Origin: Gallionellaceae bacterium
Lineage (GTDB): Bacteria > Pseudomonadota > Gammaproteobacteria > Burkholderiales > Gallionellaceae
Length of the DNA stretch: 64,000 bases
Assembly (NCBI GenBank): GCA_031400735.1
Contig: JANNQM010000066.1
Coordinates: 8,867-72,866, forward strand
Direction of reading: 5' to 3'
Positions within the stretch are counted from its first letter, which is position 1; each line of letters starts with the position of its first letter. The notes under the pieces are model-generated. The model worked only from the letters and a program-made list of their open reading frames with translations. It did not search any database and had not been told where the DNA came from. This document shows, one piece after another, positions 19,801 to 28,496 of this stretch. The translations under genes were made by a program, and so were the position numbers.

Positions 19801-20572
19801 CGCCCGGCAGAAACACCAATACATCGCCGCGCAAACCACCGATAGCAAGCTCATCCAGCGCCGCGCATACGGCTTGCGGTATGTCCTCCAGGTCGCCTTC
19901 GGCATTGTCCTGCAATGGGCGATAGCGCACTTCCACCGGATAGCTGCGACCGCTGACTTCGACCACCGGCGCGCCACCGAAATGCCTGGAAAAACGCTGT
20001 GCATCCAGTGTGGCTGAGGTGATGATCAGCTTGAGATCGGGGCGGCGGGGCAGTAACTGTTTGAAATATCCCAGCAGAAAATCAATATTGAGCGAGCGCT
20101 CATGTGCCTCGTCAATAATGATGGTGTCGTATTTTTTCAGTTGCGGGTCGCTGTGAATTTCTGCCAGCAAAATGCCATCGGTCATCAGCTTGATACAGGT
20201 GTCGTCAGATACCTTGTCGTTGAACCGCACCTTGTAGCCGACCACGCCGCCCAGTTCGGTTTTCAGCTCGTGCGCAATACGCGCGGCAACTGAACGCGCG
20301 GCCACCCGGCGCGGTTGGGTGTGGGCGATCAAGCCTGGTACGCCACGGCCTACGCTTAAACAGATTTTTGGAAGCTGGGTGGTTTTGCCGGAACCAGTCT
20401 CGCCGCACACGATGATGATTTGATTTTGCTGAATGGCCTGGGCCAATTCTTCGCGGCGCAACACCACCGGCAGGTCGGGCGGAAACTCAATCGGGTTGAG
20501 CAGTTCGATACGCGCGGCGCGACGTATCATGTGGGGATTGGCCGCTGCAGTCTCTGCGGAAGAACGACGCAT
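16829..20572 (-). CDS. hrpA: ATP-dependent RNA helicase HrpA (DEAH-box)
   Basis: GETGSGKTTQLP, DEAHE, and 1247 aa carrying the HA2/OB and long HrpA C-terminal region. Confidence 0.92.
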   Translation of the reverse strand: MRRSSAETAAANPHMIRRAARIELLNPIEFPPDLPVVLRREELAQAIQQNQIIIVCGETGSGKTTQLPKICLSVGRGVPGLIAHTQPRRVAARSVAARIAHELKTELGGVVGYKVRFNDKVSDDTCIKLMTDGILLAEIHSDPQLKKYDTIIIDEAHERSLNIDFLLGYFKQLLPRRPDLKLIITSATLDAQRFSRHFGGAPVVEVSGRSYPVEVRYRPLQDNAEGDLEDIPQAVCAALDELAIGGLRGDVLVFLPGEREIRDTTEALRKHHPKGVEILPLFSRLSAAEQDRVFKPTNQRRVVLATNVAETSLTVPNIGYVIDSGQARINRYSVRQKVEQLRIEKIARASANQRAGRCGRVMSGVCVRLYDEADFLARAEYADAEIFRVSLATVILRMSALKLGEIENFPFIEPPGTRSVADGYQLLTELGAIDAEAAHQLTPLGHELAKLPLDPKIARLLLAGRQYHCLQEILIIASALSLQDPRERPSERREAADAAHQRYNDERSDFLAYIKLWAWFQNAVKHKKSNRLWANECREKFLSPLRLREWHELYQQLHAQVTEMGMRLNQQPATYEEIHKALLTGLLGNIGCKSVDREMVYQGAREIKFFVAPNSVLAKKAPKWVVAAELVETTRLYARCVGRIEPEWLEEVAAHLIKRTYYDPHWEKKAAQVAAWERSTLYGLIINPKKRVHYGPMNVAESRAVFIRQALVAGEFNTQAPFFAHNQKLIHDIEALEHKARRPDVLVDDELIFAFYDSRIPQQIFNGAAFEAWRKEAEHDSPRLLYLQRDDLMRHEAAGITTDQFPPQLVMNNVSYALSYNFAPGKADDGVTLTVPLALVNQVSAAQCEYLVPGLLPEKIIQLVKSLPQKLRRHLVPVPEFSAQFCAAVPPSDMPLLQALARFIRSKKQIEVPQDAFRLEQLPLHLLMNFRVMDEHGRQLGVSRNFAQLRAEWAPKVAPLILDLGNASTAQQRYTDWSFGEFTATSGLHRAGQVVTVFNALADDGNAVTLRAFDTREEAMSTHRAGLCRLFMLALKEQLKFLEKNLGLQALAMQFLPFGSAQDLQRQILAVTFDRCCLNEPWPTNDKEFSQRCKEAKSRLTLVGQEIARLTGAILAEYQQVQKNLPGAKMHSQAAQDIRAQCAWMLHKEFIANTPYERLQHVPRYLKAINVRLEKLRTDPARDSRQLALLLPLQQQWQRKMEAGRGNIPLEEFGWMLQELRVSLFAQELKTPVIVSPKRLQKIWESL

Positions 20573-20599
20573 TGCGCTAGGACTGCACTGGATTGCTGA

Positions 20600-22171
20600 C
20601 TATCCCAGCAAAAGCGCGTGCGGTGTTGATTGAAGAATGCCGCGACGCACCTCTTCCTTCATTGGCAAATCGAGCACGTCTATCGGATTGTAATCATCGG
20701 TCAGGATAATGCCCGGCTGCGTATTAATTGTGACGGCAGGTTGGGCCATTGCATTGCGTAAATCTGCGCGAGCCAATGGATGGGCATTCATTTCATTGAA
20801 AAAAGGCAAATCGGTCAACGGATCGCCTATGCCCGCAACGACTTCCATGTTACCGACCCCGCCCGGAGCAAACATCGGTACCACTTTTATCCAGGGAAAA
20901 ACGCTTTCCAGCGTGCGCATAACCGAAACCGTCATAAACTTATCCTTACCCAGGCTGCCCACCATGTTCAGCGCCAACACGCCTCCGGGCGCCAGCCGGG
21001 CTCGCACCAGCTCCAGTGCTTCACGTGTGAGCAAATGGCCGGGTGTGGTATCCCCATTGAACACATCCAGCACTATGTAATCGTAATGGGACGTGGTCGT
21101 GGCAAGGAAATAACGCGCATCCGCCAAATGAACTGCCTGCGTCGCGGGCAGGCCAAAATAGGTGCGGGCGACCGACACCACAGTGGGGTCAATATCCACT
21201 ATTTCTGTTTCAATGCCGCGCTCGGCAAAAAGGCGGGGCATTACGGCTGGCCCCAGTCCAATTACCAGTGCCCGCCGTCCTTGCGGATTTGCAGAGATAG
21301 CCAGGTGCTGCAACAGATAGCCATAGGCGTACACCGACTGCCCGGTGACGACATCGATGCCGCCTTGTATCAGTGCGTCAATTACCATTTCCCGCGTATG
21401 CGCGGCTGCGCCTTTATATTCGATTACTTGAACGCGGCCATAGAAACCATCCCGGGTATCTATAAGGCGCACCTCTGTCCCATCGGGCATCTTTGCGCTG
21501 CTGGCTTTGGGCACAGCTACGCCTGCAGCTAACGCCAATACCGGCAGCAACAGCACAATCAAGCGGCCACGAAATACTGCGAAGTAAATTGCAGCGAGTA
21601 CCAGCAACATTATTCCGGTTACCTGAAAGGCGCGGCTCACGCCCCATGCGGCGATAACATAATAACCCGTAATAAGCGTGCCAAAAAAACTGCCGGCAGT
21701 GGATAGCGCATACAGCAACCCAACGGTGCGGCCCAGCCGGTTCCATTCCTGTGTCGCCAGACGCACAATGAACGGAGACACGCAGCCCAGCAAAAATAAT
21801 GGCGGCCCAAACAGAATCGTCGCGCTGATCAAGGTTCCCCAACGCAAACCCAGCGGCAGCGCGGCCTGGAAAACAACAATTTTGACCAGTGGAATCAGCA
21901 GCACCAAAGCCCCGGCTGCGCCTATCAAGCCAAACAACACGCCAGGAGAGCCGTTTTTACGGTCAGCCAGAATGCCGCCAAACAGATATCCAGCAGCCAG
22001 CGCCAATAACGTCACGGCAATCAGCGCGGTCCACACAAACAGGCTGACCCCAAAAAAGGGAGCGACTGCGCGCGCGCCCAGCACTTCGATGGCCATCACC
22101 AGTGCGCCTGTCAGGGCGGCGGTAACCAGCAAAAACACTTTAAACCCCTGGGAAGATTGTTCCATTAGCAC
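20600..22171 (-). CDS. Fused membrane (MFS-like) / spermidine synthase-like protein
   Basis: Multi-TM N-terminal half plus a C-terminal spermidine-synthase-like methyltransferase fold (VIGLGPAV...DYIVLDVFNGD). Confidence 0.8.
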   Translation of the reverse strand: MLMEQSSQGFKVFLLVTAALTGALVMAIEVLGARAVAPFFGVSLFVWTALIAVTLLALAAGYLFGGILADRKNGSPGVLFGLIGAAGALVLLIPLVKIVVFQAALPLGLRWGTLISATILFGPPLFLLGCVSPFIVRLATQEWNRLGRTVGLLYALSTAGSFFGTLITGYYVIAAWGVSRAFQVTGIMLLVLAAIYFAVFRGRLIVLLLPVLALAAGVAVPKASSAKMPDGTEVRLIDTRDGFYGRVQVIEYKGAAAHTREMVIDALIQGGIDVVTGQSVYAYGYLLQHLAISANPQGRRALVIGLGPAVMPRLFAERGIETEIVDIDPTVVSVARTYFGLPATQAVHLADARYFLATTTSHYDYIVLDVFNGDTTPGHLLTREALELVRARLAPGGVLALNMVGSLGKDKFMTVSVMRTLESVFPWIKVVPMFAPGGVGNMEVVAGIGDPLTDLPFFNEMNAHPLARADLRNAMAQPAVTINTQPGIILTDDYNPIDVLDLPMKEEVRRGILQSTPHALLLG

Positions 22172-22237
22172 TACTCCTAATTTTACTTAGTTGTTCAGCA
22201 AAACCAGATATTAACATTAAGCTCTGCGAATGCCCGG

Positions 22238-22960
22238 TTATCCGCCCAAATAAGCGCGCTGCACCGCAGCGCTGCCTAGTAATTCGCTGGCCGCACCCGA
22301 CAATGCGATCTTACCGCTTTCCAGCACATAGCCGCGTTGCGCGATTTGCAACGCGAGTCGGGCGTTTTGTTCGACCAGTAAAATGGAAACGCCTTGCGCC
22401 GAAATGTTCCGGATGGTATCAAATATTTTTGCCACCATCATCGGCGCCAGCCCCATGCTGGGTTCATCCAGCATCAGCAATTTCGGGCGGCTCATCAATG
22501 CGCGCGCCATCGCCACCATTTGCTGTTCGCCGCCGGACAGGGTTCCGGCCAGTTGCTCTTTGCGTTCATCCAACCGCGGGAATAATTCACACATGCGTGC
22601 CAGGTCTTGTGCGATTTGATGCTGATCCGTGCGGCTATATGCGCCCATTTGCAAATTTTCATGCACAGTCAGGCGCGAAAAAATGCCGCGCCCTTCCGGC
22701 ACCAGCGCCATGCCTTTGCGCACGCGATGGTGTGCGGCACAGTGTTGCAGCGATTCTCCGGCGTAGGATATTTTTCCTGCACCGGGATGAAGAAGTCCGG
22801 CCAAGGTTTTGAGCAGTGTAGTTTTGCCGGCGCCATTGCTGCCAATCAGCGTGACCAGTTCGCCTTGGGCGATGTGAAGGTCTATGCCTTTCAGGGCCTG
22901 GATGCCGCCGTAGGAGACTTTTAGATTTTCTACTGTGAGCAAGGGGAAATTCTCGGCCAT
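22238..22960 (-). CDS. livF: Branched-chain amino acid ABC transporter ATP-binding protein LivF
   Basis: Walker A GSNGAGKTT and signature LSGGEQQM. ATG at 22960; the upstream ORF extension is REP-derived. Confidence 0.9.
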   Translation of the reverse strand: MAENFPLLTVENLKVSYGGIQALKGIDLHIAQGELVTLIGSNGAGKTTLLKTLAGLLHPGAGKISYAGESLQHCAAHHRVRKGMALVPEGRGIFSRLTVHENLQMGAYSRTDQHQIAQDLARMCELFPRLDERKEQLAGTLSGGEQQMVAMARALMSRPKLLMLDEPSMGLAPMMVAKIFDTIRNISAQGVSILLVEQNARLALQIAQRGYVLESGKIALSGAASELLGSAAVQRAYLGG

Positions 22961-22964
22961 GATT

Positions 22965-23792
22965 TTATCCTCTCCCCAACCCCTCTCCCGCTGGCTGAAG
23001 AGGTACTTCAGTGCCGAGGTATGCTGCAATTACTGCCGGATTATTGCGCACTTCTTGCGGCACGCCTTCGGCAATTTTCTTGCCGTAATCCAGCACCGTG
23101 ACGCGGTCGCACAAGCCCATCACCAGCTTGACATCGTGCTCGATCAGCAACACGGTAATGCCGTCGGCGCGCAGGGTTTGCAATAATGTTTTCAGGCTTG
23201 CGGTTTCGGTTGCATTCATGCCTGCGGCGGGCTCATCCAGTGCCAGCAATTTGGGATCGGTGGCCAAGGCACGCGCGATTTCCAGGCGGCGCTGTTCGCC
23301 ATAAGATAAATTTTTCGCCAACGTATGCGGTGCACACTGAATTCCCACATAGTCCAAAAGTTGGTAAGCACGCTCTTCGATTGCGCGTTCTTCGGCACGG
23401 GCCGTGGCATTGCGCGTGAGCGCACCCCAGATGCCGCAACGGGTGCGCAAGTGGCGGCCCACCATGACATTCTCCAGTGCGCTCATGTTGGCGAATAATC
23501 GGATATTCTGGAACGTGCGCGCAATGCCCGATTGCGCCAGCAGGTGCGGCTTGCAGCAGGTATAGGTGACGCCATTGAAAGTAAACGTGCCGCTGTCGAA
23601 GGTATACAAGCCAGTGATGATGTTGAACAGCGTGGTTTTTCCGGCGCCATTGGGGCCGATCAGCCCATAGATTTCATGGCGCTGGATATGCAATGACACT
23701 TCCGACAGCGCGGCCAGGCCACCAAAATTTTTGCCGATGGCAGAAATTTCGAGCAGGGTTTCACCCTGAAAAATTTTACCGAGCGGCATCAT
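22965..23792 (-). CDS. livG: Branched-chain amino acid ABC transporter ATP-binding protein LivG
   Basis: Walker A GPNGAGKTT and signature LSYGEQRRLEI. ATG at 23792. Carries an unusual 15-aa tail after the conserved ...AAYLG. Confidence 0.9.
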   Translation of the reverse strand: MMPLGKIFQGETLLEISAIGKNFGGLAALSEVSLHIQRHEIYGLIGPNGAGKTTLFNIITGLYTFDSGTFTFNGVTYTCCKPHLLAQSGIARTFQNIRLFANMSALENVMVGRHLRTRCGIWGALTRNATARAEERAIEERAYQLLDYVGIQCAPHTLAKNLSYGEQRRLEIARALATDPKLLALDEPAAGMNATETASLKTLLQTLRADGITVLLIEHDVKLVMGLCDRVTVLDYGKKIAEGVPQEVRNNPAVIAAYLGTEVPLQPAGEGLGRG

Positions 23793-23843
23793 GCATCCTG
23801 TCCTGTTTTGGAGTGGGCGCAATAAATTGCGCCGCTACAATTG

Positions 23844-24932
23844 TCATACTCTACGCCCCGGCTCATGGGGCGCGACGTTTTCTTCCACTTCCAGCTCTCG
23901 ACGGCGTTGACTGGAGGGCCATAACCCGGCCGGTCGTACCAGCATAACGACAATCAACGCCAACCCGAACAGCAGCATGCGCAGGCTTTCCGGATCGACC
24001 AGCGTTTTGCCGAACAGCCATTGCTGCATAGGCCCGGCGCCATGGCGCAAGGCTTCCGGCAGCAACACCAGCAACACACTGCCCAATACCACGCCAGCGA
24101 TGTTGCCCATTCCACCTAACACAACCATGCATACGATCATGATGGATTCGGTCAGGCCGAAACTTTCCGGGCTGACAAAACCTTGAAACCCTGCAAATAG
24201 TCCCCCTGACAGCCCACCAAAAGTAGCGCCCATAGCAAAGGCCAGCAGCTTCACATTGCGCGTGTTGATGCCCATCGCAGTCGCCGCCACTTCATCTTCT
24301 CGTACCGCCATCCAGGCACGGCCTATGCGCGAATTTTGCAAACGATGGGACGCGAACATGACCAGCACAGTAATGGCCAGAAATAAATAGTAATGCAGAT
24401 GCACTGCGGGAAAGGAAATCCAGAATAGTTCGTGGGTGCTGTTCAGCGAAAATTCGCCCAGGCGTATCGGGTCTATGGCGCTAATACCTTGCGGGCCATT
24501 GGTGATATTAATGGGTGCGTTCAGGTTGTTCAGAAAGATGCGGATGATTTCGCCGAAGCCCAGTGTGACGATGGCCAGGTAGTCGCCGCGCAGGCGTAAT
24601 GTGGGGGCGCCCAGCAGCACCCCAAACACACAGGCCAGCAATCCGCTCAGCGGCAATACCACCCAGAATGGCCAGTGCAGGCCGAATTGCGGGGAACCTA
24701 ACAAGGCGTAGGTGTAGGCACCCACGGCAAAGAACGCAATGTAGCCCAGATCGAGCAGCCCGGCATATCCCACCACAATGTTTAATCCCAACGCCAGCAT
24801 GATGTACAGCAGCGCGAAATCTGCAATGCGCACCCAGCCGCGTCCGAGCAGCGCGTCCACAATGAAGGGCAGGAATAGCAACACTACGGCAAGCATAACG
24901 AACAACGCGCTGGATTTGTGGTTGAGCTTCAT
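23844..24932 (-). CDS. livM: Branched-chain amino acid ABC transporter permease LivM
   Basis: Permease pattern LGLNIVVGYAGLLDLGYIAFFAVGAY, 362 aa. Confidence 0.9.
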   Translation of the reverse strand: MKLNHKSSALFVMLAVVLLFLPFIVDALLGRGWVRIADFALLYIMLALGLNIVVGYAGLLDLGYIAFFAVGAYTYALLGSPQFGLHWPFWVVLPLSGLLACVFGVLLGAPTLRLRGDYLAIVTLGFGEIIRIFLNNLNAPINITNGPQGISAIDPIRLGEFSLNSTHELFWISFPAVHLHYYLFLAITVLVMFASHRLQNSRIGRAWMAVREDEVAATAMGINTRNVKLLAFAMGATFGGLSGGLFAGFQGFVSPESFGLTESIMIVCMVVLGGMGNIAGVVLGSVLLVLLPEALRHGAGPMQQWLFGKTLVDPESLRMLLFGLALIVVMLVRPAGLWPSSQRRRELEVEENVAPHEPGRRV

Positions 24933-24952
24933 TCCGGAAAACCCTGTTGGCC

Positions 24953-25015
24953 ACAGAGCACACAGAGATCACAGAGAGTGAACCTGGGTTTCTCTGTGAT
25001 CTCTGTGTACTCTGT
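24953..25015. repeat. 25-bp inverted repeat (stem-loop) in the livH-livM spacer
   Basis: ACAGAGCACACAGAGATCACAGAGA (24953-24977), 13-nt loop, TCTCTGTGATCTCTGTGTACTCTGT (24991-25015). 24 of 25 positions are complementary. Confidence 0.85.
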
Positions 25016-25038
25016 AGCTTGCTTCTGGCTCTTTGAAC

Positions 25039-25962
25039 TCATGCGCGTTCCGCCACCCGTTCACCCAGCAGGCCGGATGGCCGGAAAACCAACACGGCGA
25101 TCAGCACAAAGAAAGCAAATACGTCCTGATAATGGCTGCCGAAAAATCCGCCGCTTAAATCGCCAATGTAACCCGCCCCCAGGCTTTCAATTAACCCCAG
25201 CAACAGTCCGCCCAGCATCGCGCCGCGCAGGTTGCCTATGCCGCCCAGCACCGCAGCAGTAAATGCCTTCAGCCCGAGTAACGTGCCCATGTAATAGTGC
25301 ACGATGCCGTAATTGGCGCTGACCATGATGCCCGCCACGGCAGCCAATGCCGAACCGGTCATGAACGTTACAGAAATCACGGCGTTGATGTCTACGCCCA
25401 TCAGTGCAGCAGCTGCAGGATTTTCCGCCACCGCACGCATTGCCCGGCCCAGGCGGGTGCGGTGCACCAGCAACAGCAACCCTGCCATCATTGACACCGC
25501 CACCAGCACGATAATAATTTGCACTTCGTTGATGATCGCACCAGCAAATTCATGCGGGCTATTGGGCAGCAACGAAGGGAACGCATGATATTCGCGTCCC
25601 CAGAATATCATCGCCAGGTTTTGCAGCACGATGGATACGCCGATTGCGGTAATCAGCGGCGCCAGGCGCGGCGCGTTGCGCAAGCGGCGGTAGGCAACAC
25701 GTTCGATGCCGTAGCCCAGTGTCATGCATACCGCGACTGCTATTAGCAGGCTCAGCACCAACACCACGAATGGCGGCAGTCCAAATGCCAGCAATAATTG
25801 GCTGGCCGACAGCGCCACCATCGCACCCACCATCACCACTTCGCCATGCGCGAAATTAATCAGGCCGAGGATGCCGTACACCATGGTGTAGCCCAGCGCG
25901 ACCAAGGCATAGATGCTGCCCTGAACCAGGCCGTTGATAATTTGTTGTAAGAAGATATCCAA
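25039..25962 (-). CDS. livH: Branched-chain amino acid ABC transporter permease LivH
   Basis: MDIFLQQIINGLVQGSIYALVALGYTMVYG is the canonical LivH N-terminus. Confidence 0.9.
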   Translation of the reverse strand: MDIFLQQIINGLVQGSIYALVALGYTMVYGILGLINFAHGEVVMVGAMVALSASQLLLAFGLPPFVVLVLSLLIAVAVCMTLGYGIERVAYRRLRNAPRLAPLITAIGVSIVLQNLAMIFWGREYHAFPSLLPNSPHEFAGAIINEVQIIIVLVAVSMMAGLLLLVHRTRLGRAMRAVAENPAAAALMGVDINAVISVTFMTGSALAAVAGIMVSANYGIVHYYMGTLLGLKAFTAAVLGGIGNLRGAMLGGLLLGLIESLGAGYIGDLSGGFFGSHYQDVFAFFVLIAVLVFRPSGLLGERVAERA

Positions 25963-26024
25963 CGTCTAGCCGCAAATAAAAAGCGACACCTGGGGTGTCG
26001 CTTCAGTAATAATCTGTGTGGCCA

Positions 26025-27224
26025 TTAGCGTCCTGCAGCAGGCGCACCGCCTATGGTTTGCAGCGGTTGCCATTGGCCTTGCTGGATTTGGTACAAGGTA
26101 ATTGCGCCGCCTTTGAGATCACCTTTTTCGTCGAACGTAATATGGGCGGTGACACCGTCATAGGCTGTTTCTGCTAACGCTGACAGATATTTTGCGGGAT
26201 CCACTGAATCGGCTTTTTGCATTGCGGCAATCATGACATTTACTGCATCATAGCAATACGGCGCATACAACTGGATGGGCTGTTTAAATTGCTCTTCATA
26301 GCGCCGGGAAAATTCCTTGCCACCCGGCATCTGGTCCAGCGGCACGCCAGGCAGTGAGGCATAGACGCCTTCGGCTGCAGCACCGGCATTGTCGATAAGC
26401 TTGGGCGTATAGCCGCCATCACCCATCATGAATTTTGCATGCAACCCCAATGCCCTGAGCTGCTTGACCATGGGCGCGCCTTGCGGATCCATGCCACCAT
26501 AAAATACCAAGTCAGGCTTTTTACCCTTGATCGAAGTCAATACCGCAGTAAAGTCGACCGCTTTGTCGTTGGTATATTCGCGCGCAACAATTTGCGCGCC
26601 ACTCGTCTGCGCAGATTTCACAAACTCATCGGCCAGGCCTTGGCCGTATGCGGTACGGTCATCGATCACCGCGATTTTTTTCGCACCCAGATTTTTCACG
26701 GCAAACTCGCCCAGCACCTTGCCCTGTTGCCCATCATTGGCCATGACCCGAAACGCGGTTTTGAAACCCTGCGCGGTGTATCCCACGGCGGTGGCTGAAG
26801 GGGAAATTTGCGCGATACCGTTGTCATGATAAATTCTGGAAGCCGGAATCGAAGTGCCGGAATTAAGATGTCCGATGATGCCATTTACTTTGGCATCCAC
26901 CAGTTTCTGCGCGACGATGGTGGCGGTTTTGGGGTCGGCTTGGTCGTCTTCGCTGATCATTTCGAAACGGATTTTTTTGCCGCCTATAGTAATGCCCTTT
27001 TTATTTGCATCTTCAATGGCCATGCGCGTTCCGTTTTCATTGTCCTTGCCGATATGCGCCTGGGGGCCGGTGAGCGGAGAAGACGCGCCTATCTTGACCA
27101 CCTGTTCTGCGGCCTGGCCTGCCGGGTTCGCTGCGGGAGTCTCGGTTTTGCCGCATGCTGTCAGCATACCGGCAATTAAAATTAGCTGAATTATCTGCGC
27201 AGGAGTCATGGATGAAGTTATCAT
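26025..27224 (-). CDS. Branched-chain amino acid ABC transporter substrate-binding lipoprotein (LivK/LivJ-like)
   Basis: Lipobox LTAC and type I periplasmic binding fold (VKIGASSPLTGPQAHIGKD...). Heads the liv operon. Confidence 0.88.
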   Translation of the reverse strand: MITSSMTPAQIIQLILIAGMLTACGKTETPAANPAGQAAEQVVKIGASSPLTGPQAHIGKDNENGTRMAIEDANKKGITIGGKKIRFEMISEDDQADPKTATIVAQKLVDAKVNGIIGHLNSGTSIPASRIYHDNGIAQISPSATAVGYTAQGFKTAFRVMANDGQQGKVLGEFAVKNLGAKKIAVIDDRTAYGQGLADEFVKSAQTSGAQIVAREYTNDKAVDFTAVLTSIKGKKPDLVFYGGMDPQGAPMVKQLRALGLHAKFMMGDGGYTPKLIDNAGAAAEGVYASLPGVPLDQMPGGKEFSRRYEEQFKQPIQLYAPYCYDAVNVMIAAMQKADSVDPAKYLSALAETAYDGVTAHITFDEKGDLKGGAITLYQIQQGQWQPLQTIGGAPAAGR

Positions 27225-27264
27225 TTAATTAAGGACAGAATGATTTCTGGATAAGAAGAATTTG

Positions 27265-27726
27265 TTACTCCAGGCTTAAAACAAATTTAACCAGTGCGCG
27301 GATGTCTTCTTCTTTGACGGCGGGAGCCATGGCTGGCATAGGCATGTCTCCCCAGTTTCCGACACTACCGGTAGAAACCTTGACTATTAATTGATGCTCG
27401 ATATTGGGCACACCTTTATATTTTTTTGCTACGTCTCTCCAGGCAGGGCCCACTAATTTTTTATCCAGGGTATGGCAACCTAAGCAATTATTTTTTTGCG
27501 CTAGCGCCAGGCCATTCTGCATCTGCAAGGTTTGAGCCTTATTCAGTGTTGCATCATTCTGGTCGGGAACCGTTTCTGGTACTGCACTTATTGGCTCTAT
27601 GGCTGGGGTTGTGTTTCTGATTTCACTTGTGCTTTCTGTGCTGGAAGTGGGCACCTCTGATTTACCGCATGCTGTAAATATTACAACGAGCAAAATGCCT
27701 AGGGGCACAAACCAATTACGCGACAT
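27265..27726 (-). CDS. Lipoprotein cytochrome c (c551/c552-type domain on a low-complexity tether)
   Basis: Lipobox FTAC. Ser/Thr/Pro/Glu-rich linker. Haem motif CLGCH followed by LVGPAWRDVAKKYKG...WGDMPMP. Confidence 0.75.
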   Translation of the reverse strand: MSRNWFVPLGILLVVIFTACGKSEVPTSSTESTSEIRNTTPAIEPISAVPETVPDQNDATLNKAQTLQMQNGLALAQKNNCLGCHTLDKKLVGPAWRDVAKKYKGVPNIEHQLIVKVSTGSVGNWGDMPMPAMAPAVKEEDIRALVKFVLSLE

Positions 27727-27815
27727 AATAAGCCTGGGGGGTTAGGAATAGGCTCTAGATTAGGCGCAGCCTCACTGCTTGTCAATTTGATAGCTTGTTT
27801 ACAGGGTAGATTCAT

Positions 27816-27842
27816 AAAAAAACCGGCCTAAGCCGGTTTTTT
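27816..27842. terminator. Bidirectional rho-independent terminator
   Basis: AAAAAAA-CCGGC-CTAA-GCCGG-TTTTTT. A-run and T-run flank the stem, so it can work on either strand. Confidence 0.7.
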
Positions 27843-27856
27843 CTATTTCTAAAAGC

Positions 27857-27882
27857 AAAAGTCGGCGGTTCAGCCGACTTTT
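27857..27882 (-). terminator. Rho-independent terminator of the cytochrome c551 gene
   Basis: Minus strand reads AAAAGTCGGC-TGAACC-GCCGACTTTTGCTTTT. Begins 17 nt after the stop codon. Confidence 0.7.
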
Positions 27883-27898
27883 GCCAGGAAATATTTTT

Positions 27899-28225
27899 TT
27901 ACTTAGCCAAACCCAGGATGAAGTTGACCAATTCTTTCATGTCGGCTTGCTTAGCGCCAGTTGGATCTTGCGCTGGCATAGGCATCGTACCCCAAGTACC
28001 CTTGCCGCCTTTGGATACTTTAGCAAGCAGCATGTCCGCAGCAGCGGCATCGCCCTTGTATTTGTTAGCTACATCCATCCAGCTTGGACCAACAAGCTTG
28101 GCATCGATTTTGTGGCAAGCTACGCAGCCATTTTTCTTGGCAATTTCAGGCATGTCAGCTGCCAAGGTGCTACCTGCAATCATCATACCCGCAACAGCAA
28201 CCATGCTAACGATAATAGATTTCAT
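27899..28225 (-). CDS. Cytochrome c551/c552
   Basis: Signal peptide, then NGCVACHKIDAKLVGPSWMDVANKYKG...GTWGTMPMP, close to Pseudomonas c551. ATG at 28225 (GGAG upstream) preferred over 28240. Confidence 0.82.
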   Translation of the reverse strand: MKSIIVSMVAVAGMMIAGSTLAADMPEIAKKNGCVACHKIDAKLVGPSWMDVANKYKGDAAAADMLLAKVSKGGKGTWGTMPMPAQDPTGAKQADMKELVNFILGLAK

Positions 28226-28496
28226 ATTTTTCTGCTCCATATTTAGTTTACTTAAATGAGGACATTGCTGCCCACGACATTCTAACTAACTCTACCCGGT
28301 TTGCAAACTATTCCCACCAAGCAGTAATAGCTATAACGACCGTTATTGGAACAACGTTGACAAAAATTGGTTTAAATCTAAATTATTCTTGAAATGCGAT
28401 TGTAATCCTAATTCCTGAGAACATCATGACTCTAGCCTGAACTAAATGCAGCTAAATAAGGTATAGTTAACATTAACTCCGAATAAAATCCTCTAA

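Noticed and set aside
24953-25015. Possible CRISPR or repeat array, suggested by the CACAGAGA-type repeats
   Set aside because: It is a single inverted repeat with one loop. There are no regularly spaced direct repeats or spacers and no cas genes. No CRISPR array is present anywhere in the window.
28241-28496. 256-bp AT-rich gene-free spacer between the cytochrome c551 gene and lgt, considered as a possible sRNA or second origin element
   Set aside because: I could see no DnaA boxes, conserved hairpin or terminator. It is most simply a divergent promoter region.
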